Origin: a virus
Taxonomy: Duplodnaviria; Caudoviricetes
Virus record (IMG/VR): IMGVR_UViG_3300029288_000110
Coordinates: 1 to 64,000 of that record
Reading direction: 5' to 3' (one strand)
Length of the DNA: 64,000 nt
The notes under the pieces were generated by a model, which saw only the letters and a list, made by a program, of their open reading frames with translations, was not told the DNA's origin and did not search any database. Positions 37,249-45,690 of this stretch are shown in pieces; within the stretch, counting starts at the first letter, position 1; each line of letters starts with the position of its first letter. A program made the translations under genes and the position numbers.

Positions 37249-37715
37249 CTTATTATGCAGGGGGTGACCCCATGCGGGGTAAAATAGATACGAATTTAGG
37301 GTGGTTACGAGTGGTCAAAACCAGACCAGTTAGCTACGGATGGTCAAACCGATACCAGACCGCATTAGCTTTGGTGGTCAAACCGCTTAAAACCAGTCTA
37401 GACTTGATGGTTAGCCGGATAGCTTTTTGGCTGACCATGTTTACAAGACTGATTGTATCAGGGGGAGGGTTACCCTCTACCCCCCGACCCTTAAGCGTAA
37501 AAAGTGGGAGAACGTATTTGCTAGGTGCGTATGTGCTGGCAGTAGAAAACCCGTATTTGCTGGAAGTGAGAGCTAGTGAAAACCTGTAAAGAGCTAAAGT
37601 GTGTCTGCTTTGAGTGTCAGACACGGAAGAAAGACAGACCGAAATGCGGTATGTGTCCTGGGAGAATCGCCAAACCGGATTGTACAGGGCTTACCGTTTG
37701 CATTAAAGGGGATAA

Positions 37716-38996
37716 ATGAACATCTTGAACTTGCCCGACTGGGAAGTCATAGAGCTTAAAGAGAGCGAGTACGATTACGCTATCCATGCCAAGTACACGC
37801 CGGAGCCGACCGCTTGTATCCGATGCGGGGTTATCGGGCAACTATACCGGCATGGTATCAAGAGGCAACGATTCATGGACTTACCAGTTCACAACAAGCG
37901 TGTTGGCTTGATAGTGCATCGGCAGCGTTACCTTTGCCGAGCCTGCAAAAAGACCAGCTTTCAACCATTGCCGGATGTGGCTGACCACCACTCGTCAACC
38001 AAGAGGCTTTTAGCCTACATCGGCAAGGAATCCATGAAGCGTACCTTTGTTGGGGTAGCCGATGATACCGGAATCCATGAGCGGACTATCCGGCGTTTAT
38101 TCGCTATCGAGGTAGCCCGATTAGACCAAGAGGTCAAATTCGAGACACCCCGATGGTTGGGGATTGATGAAGTTCACCTTGTAAAGAAGGCAAGGTGTCT
38201 CTTGACCAACGTGGAGCAACGGACTGTCATTGATATGCTGGCAACCAGAACAAAAGACGTGGTTAGCCGATACTTGTACCGGATGCCCGACCGCCAGTAC
38301 ATCGAGCTGGTGGCTATGGATATGTGGCAACCCTACAGGGACGCAGTAAGGGATATTCTACCGCAAGCCACAGTGGTCATAGACCGCTTTCACGTTATCC
38401 GGTTAGCCATTCAGGGCATGGACACGATACGAAAGGATACCAGGGCGAGCCTTACGGCACGTCAAAGCCGGACACTCAAGCGTGACCGCTATATTCTTTT
38501 CCATCGCCGGAGCGACCTTGACGAACAAGACCAGTTCATACTTGACCTGTGGTTAGGGCAGTTCCCTATGCTTGGCAAGGCGTATCAGTTCAAAGAGGAC
38601 TTCTGTGACCTCTGGATGGTCAAGGACAGGCAAGAAGCCATAGAGCGGTATGAAAACCTTAAGGCGAGCATCCCGACCGAGCTACAGCCCGCCTTCAAGC
38701 CTCTGACAACGGCTGTAGGCAACTGGACAGGCGAGATATTCGCATGGTGGGACCATCCGGTAACAAACGCTTATACAGAGGCCATAGCAGGGCTTGTGAA
38801 GCTAACCAACCATGCAGGCAGAGGGTATTCGTTCAAGGCGATACGGGCAAAGTTGCTTTACTCTAACCTGCCGACCCCTCACAGACCAGTGTTTGACAGG
38901 TCATTGAAAGAGCGACCGCCCTTCATGCCACTGGAAGAAATTATAGATTACGGAGTTAAGTTTTCCACACTCCGCATAATGTTGGAAGGGGGATAG
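37716..38996 (+). CDS. ISL3-family transposase
   Basis: zinc finger CIRCG..CRAC, LGIDEVH, VAMDMWQPY, IDRFHV, TNAYTEA, GRGYSF. Confidence 0.96.
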   Translation: MNILNLPDWEVIELKESEYDYAIHAKYTPEPTACIRCGVIGQLYRHGIKRQRFMDLPVHNKRVGLIVHRQRYLCRACKKTSFQPLPDVADHHSSTKRLLAYIGKESMKRTFVGVADDTGIHERTIRRLFAIEVARLDQEVKFETPRWLGIDEVHLVKKARCLLTNVEQRTVIDMLATRTKDVVSRYLYRMPDRQYIELVAMDMWQPYRDAVRDILPQATVVIDRFHVIRLAIQGMDTIRKDTRASLTARQSRTLKRDRYILFHRRSDLDEQDQFILDLWLGQFPMLGKAYQFKEDFCDLWMVKDRQEAIERYENLKASIPTELQPAFKPLTTAVGNWTGEIFAWWDHPVTNAYTEAIAGLVKLTNHAGRGYSFKAIRAKLLYSNLPTPHRPVFDRSLKERPPFMPLEEIIDYGVKFSTLRIMLEGG

Positions 38997-39034
38997 TTTG
39001 TTTGAATGCATTACACATCATACGCCGGAAAGCC

Positions 39035-39329
39035 TCTCTTTCTTGATAGCATTGGTTACTCGCCATAGGTCGGCGGCATCCGCATTAAGGGCACTTTCGG
39101 CTTTCATGGCTCGCTCTGCCCATCGGTGTCTATTCCCTACCAGACAGGGGATACATTCATACATTGTGCCGACTTCAAGGTAGTCTGGTGGTTTGCCAGC
39201 TTGTGGATGTGGATTCTTAGACATCTGCAACCCACATTTGGCACATAGTTTTGGCTTCGTTTCCACGCCCTTCGCCGAATTATCATTTTGTGTGTTCATT
39301 TGCTCTTTCCTCCTGTTTGCCGAATAGCC
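39035..39329 (-). mobile_element. truncated second ISL3-type end with one passenger ORF (ATG 39299)
   Basis: GGCTATTCGGCAAAC on - strand from 39329, 15/15 identical to 36134, followed by AGGAGG and a Cys-rich ORF that stops inside the ISL3 right end. Confidence 0.6.
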
Positions 39330-39397
39330 CATAAATTTCCCCTGGGTACATTCGCAAAAGACCATATTTTGACAATTTGGTTTTATGTTTCATCTTA

Positions 39398-39425
39398 ACC
39401 TCCTACTGTATGTGGGATACTTACC
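39398..39425 (-). repeat. orphan RBS-bearing cassette end
   Basis: 39398-39426 identical over 29 nt to 43142-43170; passenger ORF from ATG 39393 interrupted at 39329. Confidence 0.8.
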
Positions 39426-39561
39426 TGCTTTCTTTATATTGGCCTGTAGCTTCTTGGACTACCCTAAAGGCATTGACCGCAAAATCGTGTTCCTTTTTCT
39501 TAGTCATACTACACACTACCTCATTAACTGGCAACCGCTTTACTTCATGATTTGTGTCCAT
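39421..39561 (-). pseudogene. small basic protein truncated by the cassette end
   Basis: MTKKKEHDFAVNAFRVVQEATGQ resembles the N-terminus of small basic proteins seen beside IS elements; stop codon lies inside the cassette IR. Confidence 0.4.
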
Positions 39562-39585
39562 ATCTCACCCCCGATAGTTTATTCC

Positions 39586-40179
39586 CTAAATTACTACCCC
39601 ACTTGGTTCAGCGACAAAACCAACCAGCATTAGCTTATCTCCATCTGGATTTTCCACATCTGATGTGATATCTACGCAAATCTGGTCGTCATGGCTAAAA
39701 ATAAAGGGGTTGGGAAAATAGCCCTCAGCAACCAAATTCGAGATATCACCGAATATTTGCTTAAACTCCCTCTCTATATAATCTGATACCTTCCAGTCTT
39801 TAATAACTTTCAATATAGGGATAAGCATATAAAGCTCCGTCAATTCAACTGCAAATAACGGGTGATTTTTCATGCGGAATGATAAAGTGCTTACTTTCGG
39901 CTCGGTAGAGAGCTGCGCTATTTTGTAGAAACAATAGAACCTATTGATTTCTACTTCCTTCTCAAACCATACCGAAGAGGTATGGGCAAGCTGCGGCGGT
40001 GTCCTCCAGGAAGAAATGCCCATATCATTCGACATTATTTTCCTGACCGATATTTGTTGCGGTGGATAATGACAAATCTGACAAGCACGGTCAATTAAAG
40101 ATTGTAAACAAGATTTTCTAAACAATTCCCTTTGATGAAGGGAGTTTTCCCAAGAAGGTATCAAATACTTTAACTCCAT
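39586..40179 (-). CDS. hypothetical protein, possible single-jelly-roll capsid homolog
   Basis: RBS AGGAGG; EGYFPNP.. and C-terminal DKLMLVGFVAEPSGVVI pattern. Confidence 0.45.
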   Translation of the reverse strand: MELKYLIPSWENSLHQRELFRKSCLQSLIDRACQICHYPPQQISVRKIMSNDMGISSWRTPPQLAHTSSVWFEKEVEINRFYCFYKIAQLSTEPKVSTLSFRMKNHPLFAVELTELYMLIPILKVIKDWKVSDYIEREFKQIFGDISNLVAEGYFPNPFIFSHDDQICVDITSDVENPDGDKLMLVGFVAEPSGVVI

Positions 40180-40193
40180 ATTGTTCCTCCTGC

Positions 40194-40427
40194 TTATATA
40201 AACGCCGGATGTTTTCTTACTGTAACAGCGGGGCGGCTGCCTCTTTCATTAGCAAGAACTTGGTCCATAGTAGCGCTTCCCGTTTCGGGTACTTGAAATT
40301 CAAATACCCGATAGGCTTCCTTCCTTGCTTCGGCCAAGGCGTCCTTGATATCATCCGTATTAGTAAGCACAATATATTCAATCGTGTCGCCCTGATACGT
40401 TGCTCTTGCTTCCCACAGCATATCCAT
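40194..40427 (-). CDS. hypothetical protein
   Basis: ORF co-oriented with block. Confidence 0.6.
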   Translation of the reverse strand: MDMLWEARATYQGDTIEYIVLTNTDDIKDALAEARKEAYRVFEFQVPETGSATMDQVLANERGSRPAVTVRKHPAFI

Positions 40428-40448
40428 TCTTCTATTTCCCCCCTCATT

Positions 40449-40844
40449 TTATGGCCGGTGGCCCCAATCAACTACTATCACAAACTGGTCATTATCTTCC
40501 CGGACGTGTCCGCCGAAAAGATACTTCCCATCCAATTCAACGCCTTTTTCCACGGCTATGTAAATCCCTTCCTTCGAGGAGTAAACATCAAAGTGCTCGA
40601 AAATAGGCAGCATCAAAACTATACCATCGTCAATATAGAGCGGAATGAAAAAATCCAGCTTTATATTATCGTTTAAATACTGGTCAACAGTAAGCAGGAG
40701 CTGCACCTTCCCATCGACACACTGCGGCGCCTGGTCAGCCGTTATTTCCACATACGGCGCCCTGCAATCCTGGACTATGAAACCGACACAAACAACCAAT
40801 ACAGCGAAGAGTGCGACCGCTATAATTAACAGAGTCTTTCCCAT
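40449..40844 (-). CDS. membrane-anchored hypothetical protein
   Basis: N-terminal TM helix; RBS GGAGG. Confidence 0.65.
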   Translation of the reverse strand: MGKTLLIIAVALFAVLVVCVGFIVQDCRAPYVEITADQAPQCVDGKVQLLLTVDQYLNDNIKLDFFIPLYIDDGIVLMLPIFEHFDVYSSKEGIYIAVEKGVELDGKYLFGGHVREDNDQFVIVVDWGHRP

Positions 40845-40876
40845 TCAGCCTCCACGGTGAAAAATTACCGCCTAAT

Positions 40877-41059
40877 CTATTTACTCCTGACGGGTTCTAA
40901 ATATTCGATTCTCCAATAAGTTACGGCATGTGGCTGGTCGGGAGTATATTTTAGATTTGTGATAATACTCCCCTCGGGTAATTCCAAATGAGGGATTTCT
41001 TCCTTGGAATAAAATGTTTTTCTTTCATATTCTACAGAGTTAATGATTATTTTATCCAT
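40877..41059 (-). CDS. hypothetical protein
   Basis: RBS AGGAGG. Confidence 0.6.
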   Translation of the reverse strand: MDKIIINSVEYERKTFYSKEEIPHLELPEGSIITNLKYTPDQPHAVTYWRIEYLEPVRSK

Positions 41060-41085
41060 GAGTTTTCCCTCCTGACAGTATTACT

Positions 41086-41592
41086 TTACTGTCCCACCGA
41101 CTCAAAACGATATTCTTTTGTTTCTATCATTTGAGCCCTTACATTTATTCTCAAATCAGATTGGTAAACTAGCACAGCTCCACAAAATGGACAATAGTTC
41201 AGTGTTGGTTTTCCATACCCACCCTAGGCAAATTCGATGGCTTTCATGCCGAACCTCAATAAAGAGGATGCTCCAAGTGCCTCTTTTAATTTGTCGCAGC
41301 AATAAGAAGGCTCTTTACCTACTTTTGTCCCATCTCTATGTTGCATAGGCTCGACAAATGTACTCCCCACCGAGGGCCAATCATCGCATGAGACGACAGT
41401 TGCGAAATAAACTATACATGCCTTATTCATTATATCCTCCGTACAGTACCCTAGACCTTTAGGCATTAAGTGAGCATGTCTATTGTTGAGTAGCCAGTAA
41501 TGATATCCGCCCTTTTCCGGGAGACATTCGTTACAGTATTCCCACCGACCGAAGCGAAGCCATTTTAAAAATCGATAAAACCTTTCTTTCAT
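41086..41592 (-). pseudogene. Cys-rich protein with one in-frame TAG at 41224-41226
   Basis: YCCDKLKEAL...FA*GGYGKPTLNYCPFCGA continues 45 codons in frame. Confidence 0.6.
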
Positions 41593-41599
41593 ATCGGCC

Positions 41600-42454
41600 T
41601 CACTCCCAGTCCTTTAAAAACGGATGGTATTTGAATATTTCTGCATCAACCTCCGGCATCCGGGGAGTGGTGTAGATATTCATCATTCCGCCGCCGGCCC
41701 ACCGCAAGAACTGATACACCCTTGTCTGGTCCAGGATACGCTTCCCATCCGCCCCCCTTAACTCATCCAATACCGTCGCCAGGCCATGGCGGACACCGTG
41801 GTAGCATTTTTTAGGAACGAATTTCACCCCGGCGACATTAGCTATCTCATGAAAAATGGAGAAGCGGCGATTATACCCCACGGGAGGATAAGTGTATTTG
41901 AACACAAAGGGGGCGATTTGCTCCGGCACGTCATGCTCCCGCAGCATACCGCCTTTCTCCGTATGGATGATGATGGTTTTCTTATACGGATGAATATCTT
42001 CCGACCGGACGCCAAAAAGTTCTCCGACCCGAAGGCCATATGTTGTCGAGAGCGCTATGGTGTTCAACCACTGGGGATTGGAGCTCTTCTTGGCAGTCAG
42101 TATGAGCGCCCGGATTTCTTCCGCACTGTAGGAAAAGCGTGAGGCGAGGTCAATCATCTGCCGGTTCACCTTGGGCAGCTTCACCGGCACCCTTAGCCCA
42201 TACATGCGGAAGAGGCAGCCTATCGGACCCCTGATGATGTAGTTTACATACGTTTGGTCTCGATTCTTCTTCAGATAGTCGAGATAGGTATAAAGCACAT
42301 CACGCTCCTGCCAGTTCTTTCCCTTGAGCCAGGTGAAGTAATCATCCACATGCGCCCTGTACTGGCTCTTGGTCGATTCGCTATAGTACTGGATTTCGTG
42401 CTCTAGCTCTTTAAATATGGACTTCCTGTCTGTTGGTATTTTTTCCGTAGTCAT
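41600..42454 (-). CDS. tyrosine recombinase/integrase
   Basis: YGLRVGE (R), EKGG (K), HGVRH (HxxR), LRW, IY catalytic set. Confidence 0.88.
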   Translation of the reverse strand: MTTEKIPTDRKSIFKELEHEIQYYSESTKSQYRAHVDDYFTWLKGKNWQERDVLYTYLDYLKKNRDQTYVNYIIRGPIGCLFRMYGLRVPVKLPKVNRQMIDLASRFSYSAEEIRALILTAKKSSNPQWLNTIALSTTYGLRVGELFGVRSEDIHPYKKTIIIHTEKGGMLREHDVPEQIAPFVFKYTYPPVGYNRRFSIFHEIANVAGVKFVPKKCYHGVRHGLATVLDELRGADGKRILDQTRVYQFLRWAGGGMMNIYTTPRMPEVDAEIFKYHPFLKDWE

Positions 42455-42470
42455 TACTACTCCTCTACCC

Positions 42471-42683
42471 TCAGCGTTTAAAAGTCTTCCTCTCATGCGG
42501 TTTCTTCCGCTGGTAAGTAGCCTCCAAGGAAGTCATCTTGGGATTCCAGTGATAATCAATCACCATCACATCACAACCCAGTTTCTTCCTGATAGCGCTT
42601 GTAACAGCGGAGGACCCGCACCCGGGCGCCTCATCAAATTCCTCCATGGTTATAGTTATCTTTTCCGTATCAATATATTTCAC
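42471..42683 (-). CDS. hypothetical protein
   Basis: GTG start after GGGAG, downstream of tRNA. Confidence 0.5.
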   Translation of the reverse strand: MKYIDTEKITITMEEFDEAPGCGSSAVTSAIRKKLGCDVMVIDYHWNPKMTSLEATYQRKKPHERKTFKR

Positions 42684-42695
42684 TTTTCTCCCTTT

Positions 42696-42783
42696 TGGCG
42701 GAGCGGGAGAGATTTGAACTCCCGGGAGCAGGCCCCAACGGTTTTCGAGACCGCCGCCTTAAACCAGACTCGGCCACCGCTCC
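42696..42783 (-). tRNA. tRNA-Ser(CGA)
   Basis: GGAGCGG/CCGCTCC-GCCA acceptor, anticodon arm CGGT-CTCGAAA-ACCG, long variable arm, GTTCAAATC T-loop. Confidence 0.93.
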
Positions 42784-42793
42784 AATATTCTTT

Positions 42794-43169
42794 GGTAAGT
42801 ATACCTTCATCTACAGTATTTCTTGAAATTGGCCATAATCCTCATCTTCAAGTTCTGCCATCTCTGAATCAGTCTCGAATTGGCAATTTTCGCATAGTCC
42901 ACTTTTGTTGAAATCGAAAAATTCGTTGCCGCCCCAAAACTCACCACACATCCAACAAAAGCCCTCTGAATGGCAATGTTCGCCGCAATACCAAGATATA
43001 TCATATGGCTTTTCGCTTGATTCCCAATCAACTAACCTACATTGGATGGTATCAAAGGAGCTGCAACCTTCATGTTCACAACGATGATTGACTTCAACTA
43101 ACTCTCTCTGAATCATATCGCCAATTTCTTTAATCATTTCGACCTCCTACTGTATGTGGGATACTTACC
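42794..43169 (-). mobile_element. non-autonomous single-gene insertion cassette (MITE/MIC-like)
   Basis: ends GGTAAGTATACCTTCATCTACAGTA and reverse complement GGTAAGTATCCCACATACAGTA; perfect 8-bp duplication TATTCTTT at 42786-42793 and 43170-43177. Confidence 0.88.
42811..43137 (-). CDS. Cys-rich zinc-binding cassette passenger protein
   Basis: CEHEGC, CGEHC, CWMCG, CENC; fills the cassette. Confidence 0.75.
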   Translation of the reverse strand: MIKEIGDMIQRELVEVNHRCEHEGCSSFDTIQCRLVDWESSEKPYDISWYCGEHCHSEGFCWMCGEFWGGNEFFDFNKSGLCENCQFETDSEMAELEDEDYGQFQEIL

Positions 43170-43197
43170 TATTCTTTTAGCCTCTCTCTAATCCTTC

Positions 43198-43608
43198 CTA
43201 GATTACCAGATGAATGTCAAATAATTGTCCGAGTGTCGGCGCTCCTACCCATTCCTTGATAACATCGCCAGATTTGTTTGTGAGTTCGGTAGTAATTTTT
43301 ATGTAGTGGCCTCCCTCTCCCGGAAGTTTTACCCTCTCAGAGTAGGATATTAACGTAAAACCACGGTTCCATAATTCAAACGGGAGACTACCCGTTAAAT
43401 CATTATGTGTTCCCAGGCCAGGATGAGCGTCTAAAATGGAGTTGATTTCTCTTTTTAAGGAGTTTTCATCACTATCAAGCTCTGCGAGTTGAACTTCAAG
43501 AGTGACACGTTCCTCTCTGATACTTTCTATATCTGCCTGGAGAGAATCAAGTCTTTTAACCGCCTCGCTATGAGAAAGTTCTTTGATAACCTGTGTTTTT
43601 TCTGTCAT
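43198..43608 (-). CDS. hypothetical coiled-coil protein
   Basis: RBS GAGG. Confidence 0.65.
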   Translation of the reverse strand: MTEKTQVIKELSHSEAVKRLDSLQADIESIREERVTLEVQLAELDSDENSLKREINSILDAHPGLGTHNDLTGSLPFELWNRGFTLISYSERVKLPGEGGHYIKITTELTNKSGDVIKEWVGAPTLGQLFDIHLVI

Positions 43609-43724
43609 ACAAATCCTCTCCTATAGCCTTATTTCCGTTACTGGGGGGTTAGCTTTCGTCATCATCTTCCTCTTCGTAACCGGCGCATAAACAACCATCT
43701 ACAGAGCAAGAGCCACTAGGTTTA

Positions 43725-44132
43725 TCATGGTCTTCCGGTGCGTGTCCGCAAGTACAAGCCATCGCCTATTCCCCCTTCTTCTTTTCTTGCTTCTTCAATG
43801 GACTTTTGATTTATTGCTCTTTGGTAGGTGTAAATCTTAGATAAAATGCCATTTGCATCCTCATAGGCATATTTTTTCAACCATTCAGGTGCCTTAGACC
43901 ATGACTCAAAACAGTTGTCTGAATAGCTATATTTATATCTATCCCAAATATGTTTAGCAATCTTTTCCTTCACCTTTTTATCTATTGGTCGTTTAGTTAG
44001 AAACGTTAAAAACATCTTTGAATACTTTTGGTAATAGGAAAAATCTTCACAGGAACTAGTACAAAACTCCCACGAATTTTTACAGTTATTACAAGGACAA
44101 CATTCTTTGGCTAAATCATCTTTTAATGTCAT
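43725..44132 (-). CDS. hypothetical protein
   Basis: AT-rich ORF, Cys-rich N-terminus. Confidence 0.6.
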   Translation of the reverse strand: MTLKDDLAKECCPCNNCKNSWEFCTSSCEDFSYYQKYSKMFLTFLTKRPIDKKVKEKIAKHIWDRYKYSYSDNCFESWSKAPEWLKKYAYEDANGILSKIYTYQRAINQKSIEEARKEEGGIGDGLYLRTRTGRP

Positions 44133-44251
44133 ATTGTTACTACCTTTCTTTTAGAATTTCTTTTAGACGCTCTGCTAAGTCATTCCAATTAGGGATATCA
44201 CTTCCCCAAGCACATTCACTTTGTAACTTCTCTAACAATTCAGGGGTAATT

Positions 44252-44488
44252 TTATTTTGTTATAGGTTCCCCGCAATGTGGACAAAAATCCCAAGCGACA
44301 TGAATATAATATCTTCTGCTACTGGGAGTACCATCATTTTTCACAGTATTAAATGTGACCTCAGTATTCCCCCAATCAGCATAACCAGATACGACAGTGC
44401 TATTTCCATACCTATTAGTGTAAACTTTACCGGATTGTAGCCGTTTTAGAGCTTTATCTATTACTTTTGTGTTCTTGCAATCACACAT
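44252..44488 (-). CDS. small zinc-ribbon protein
   Basis: MCDC...FCPHCG. Confidence 0.65.
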   Translation of the reverse strand: MCDCKNTKVIDKALKRLQSGKVYTNRYGNSTVVSGYADWGNTEVTFNTVKNDGTPSSRRYYIHVAWDFCPHCGEPITK

Positions 44489-44679
44489 ATCTCATTCCCC
44501 TTTCAGTGGTTTACTTGAGACTACCGCCCAAATTTACGAGCAACTTCGACAGGTCTTGCGTTGTTACTCACGCTTTCATCTCAAGCAATCTGGCTCGGAA
44601 GCTTACGCCTATCCTCTCCAATTACTTGGAGGTTCCGATAGTTTTCTACAAGGACACCAGCATTTAGTTCGTTATTCTT

Positions 44680-45168
44680 TTACCCTTTCTTGTAGAGTTG
44701 CCCCATCAAATTCTCCAGCTCTGCTATGCGGGGAAGGAACCAGGGAGGATTGAAGGAAAGAGAAATCTTCTTCAGCTGGTCAATGAGGACATGCGTCTTT
44801 TCCGCCATGCGGTTGGCCCGGTTGAGTCGGCCTTCCTCAATGTGCTCTTTTATCGTGTATAGCCGTTGCTCGATTGTCGCACAGCGGATGTGTAGATGCT
44901 CTTCGTATTTGAACTGGATTTCCAGGGCTTTTTTCTCATCGTGTTGCTTAGACACCCAGACGACGGCATGGCCCTTGGAAGAGATTTCGTTGGCCAGGTT
45001 GAAAGAGGTCTCACTGAAAGGAACGAGGTAGCAGGACTGCGTATAAGCGACGGCGCCGATTGCCGCCATGGTCTTCAGAACCTCTTTACGGAGCTTGCTG
45101 TCTGCTGCGGGAATATCATACGTAATAAGCACATAATCCTGTGTAATTACCTTCACTTCGCCCTTCAT
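44680..45168 (-). CDS. hypothetical protein with PaaX-central/ChrB-N/Cas2-like ferredoxin fold
   Basis: VLITYDIPA...LRK..L..IGA...QSCYLVP. Confidence 0.5.
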   Translation of the reverse strand: MKGEVKVITQDYVLITYDIPAADSKLRKEVLKTMAAIGAVAYTQSCYLVPFSETSFNLANEISSKGHAVVWVSKQHDEKKALEIQFKYEEHLHIRCATIEQRLYTIKEHIEEGRLNRANRMAEKTHVLIDQLKKISLSFNPPWFLPRIAELENLMGQLYKKG

Positions 45169-45181
45169 AAAATGCCCCCTT

Positions 45182-45376
45182 TTACGTACCGATGAAATAA
45201 TGCTTGCATTCGTTACAATAGGCATAGAGGATATCACCAAGAACAACTACCATCGCAACCCCGCAGTGCGGGCAGGTAGCATTTTCAACATCCACCTCTT
45301 TCCACACCGGTCGCTTCCAGTCCCCATTGCCGTTCTTGTCCTGGAGTTTAAATGTCAGCTTCGCCTGGTCGTCCAT
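45182..45376 (-). CDS. zinc-ribbon protein
   Basis: CPHCG..CNECK; first gene after consensus promoter. Confidence 0.65.
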   Translation of the reverse strand: MDDQAKLTFKLQDKNGNGDWKRPVWKEVDVENATCPHCGVAMVVVLGDILYAYCNECKHYFIGT

Positions 45377-45415
45377 ACATTTCCCCTTCAGCCATGATGA
45401 AAGATAAACTACTAC

Positions 45416-45444
45416 ATTATAGTAATATTACTACAGTTTGTCAA
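45416..45444 (-). promoter_or_regulatory. consensus sigma70 promoter with palindromic operator
   Basis: TTGACA-17 nt-TATAAT; TAGTAATATTACTA palindrome overlapping spacer and -10. Confidence 0.75.
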
Positions 45445-45549
45445 TATCCCAATGCCACGTTTTTTATCCGGCGGATAAAAGAAAGAAGCCGCCTGAGAGA
45501 TTCCCCCCAGATGGCTTCTTCCCTGTGTTTCCACAACCCTATTTATGTA

Positions 45550-45690
45550 TCACTTTTTTTTATCGTTCTTGTCTTTGAGCTCCTGGCCGACTTCTTTCAT
45601 GACCTTAATACCTTCAACAACTTTAACGAGGCCAGTTTCAATGTCTTCCGCTGCCTTCGCCAGTTTCTTCCCGAGGTTTGTTTTCATCAT
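45550..45690 (-). CDS. small helical protein, not in the ORF track
   Basis: hand translation MMKTNLGKKLAKAAEDIETG...KKK, coupled to upstream gene. Confidence 0.5.
   Translation of the reverse strand: MMKTNLGKKLAKAAEDIETGLVKVVEGIKVMKEVGQELKDKNDKKK

Larger units (their letters stand above)
36134..39034 (+). mobile_element. ISL3-family element with passenger genes
   Basis: left end GGCTATTCGGCAAAC; right end reverse complement GGCTTTCCGGCGTAT 38 nt after transposase stop; no matching target duplication. Confidence 0.65.

Noticed and set aside
37295-37410. Mini CRISPR array
   Set aside because: Repeats are short, degenerate and irregularly spaced.
36134-39329. One element bounded by the perfect 15-bp inverted repeats
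   Set aside because: Flanks match only 5/8, and a separate right end at 39034 truncates the inner ORF; nested insertion fits better, though this is not excluded.
42696-42783. tRNA-Ser as an att site for the adjacent recombinase
   Set aside because: No duplicated tRNA 3' end found in the window, and viral-type genes continue on both sides.
44185-44205. GGGATATCACTTCC as another cassette end
   Set aside because: Lies within a short coding frame; no partner end or duplication.
44680-45168. CRISPR-Cas system suggested by a Cas2-like ITYDI motif
   Set aside because: No cas1 or other cas genes and no repeat-spacer array in the window.
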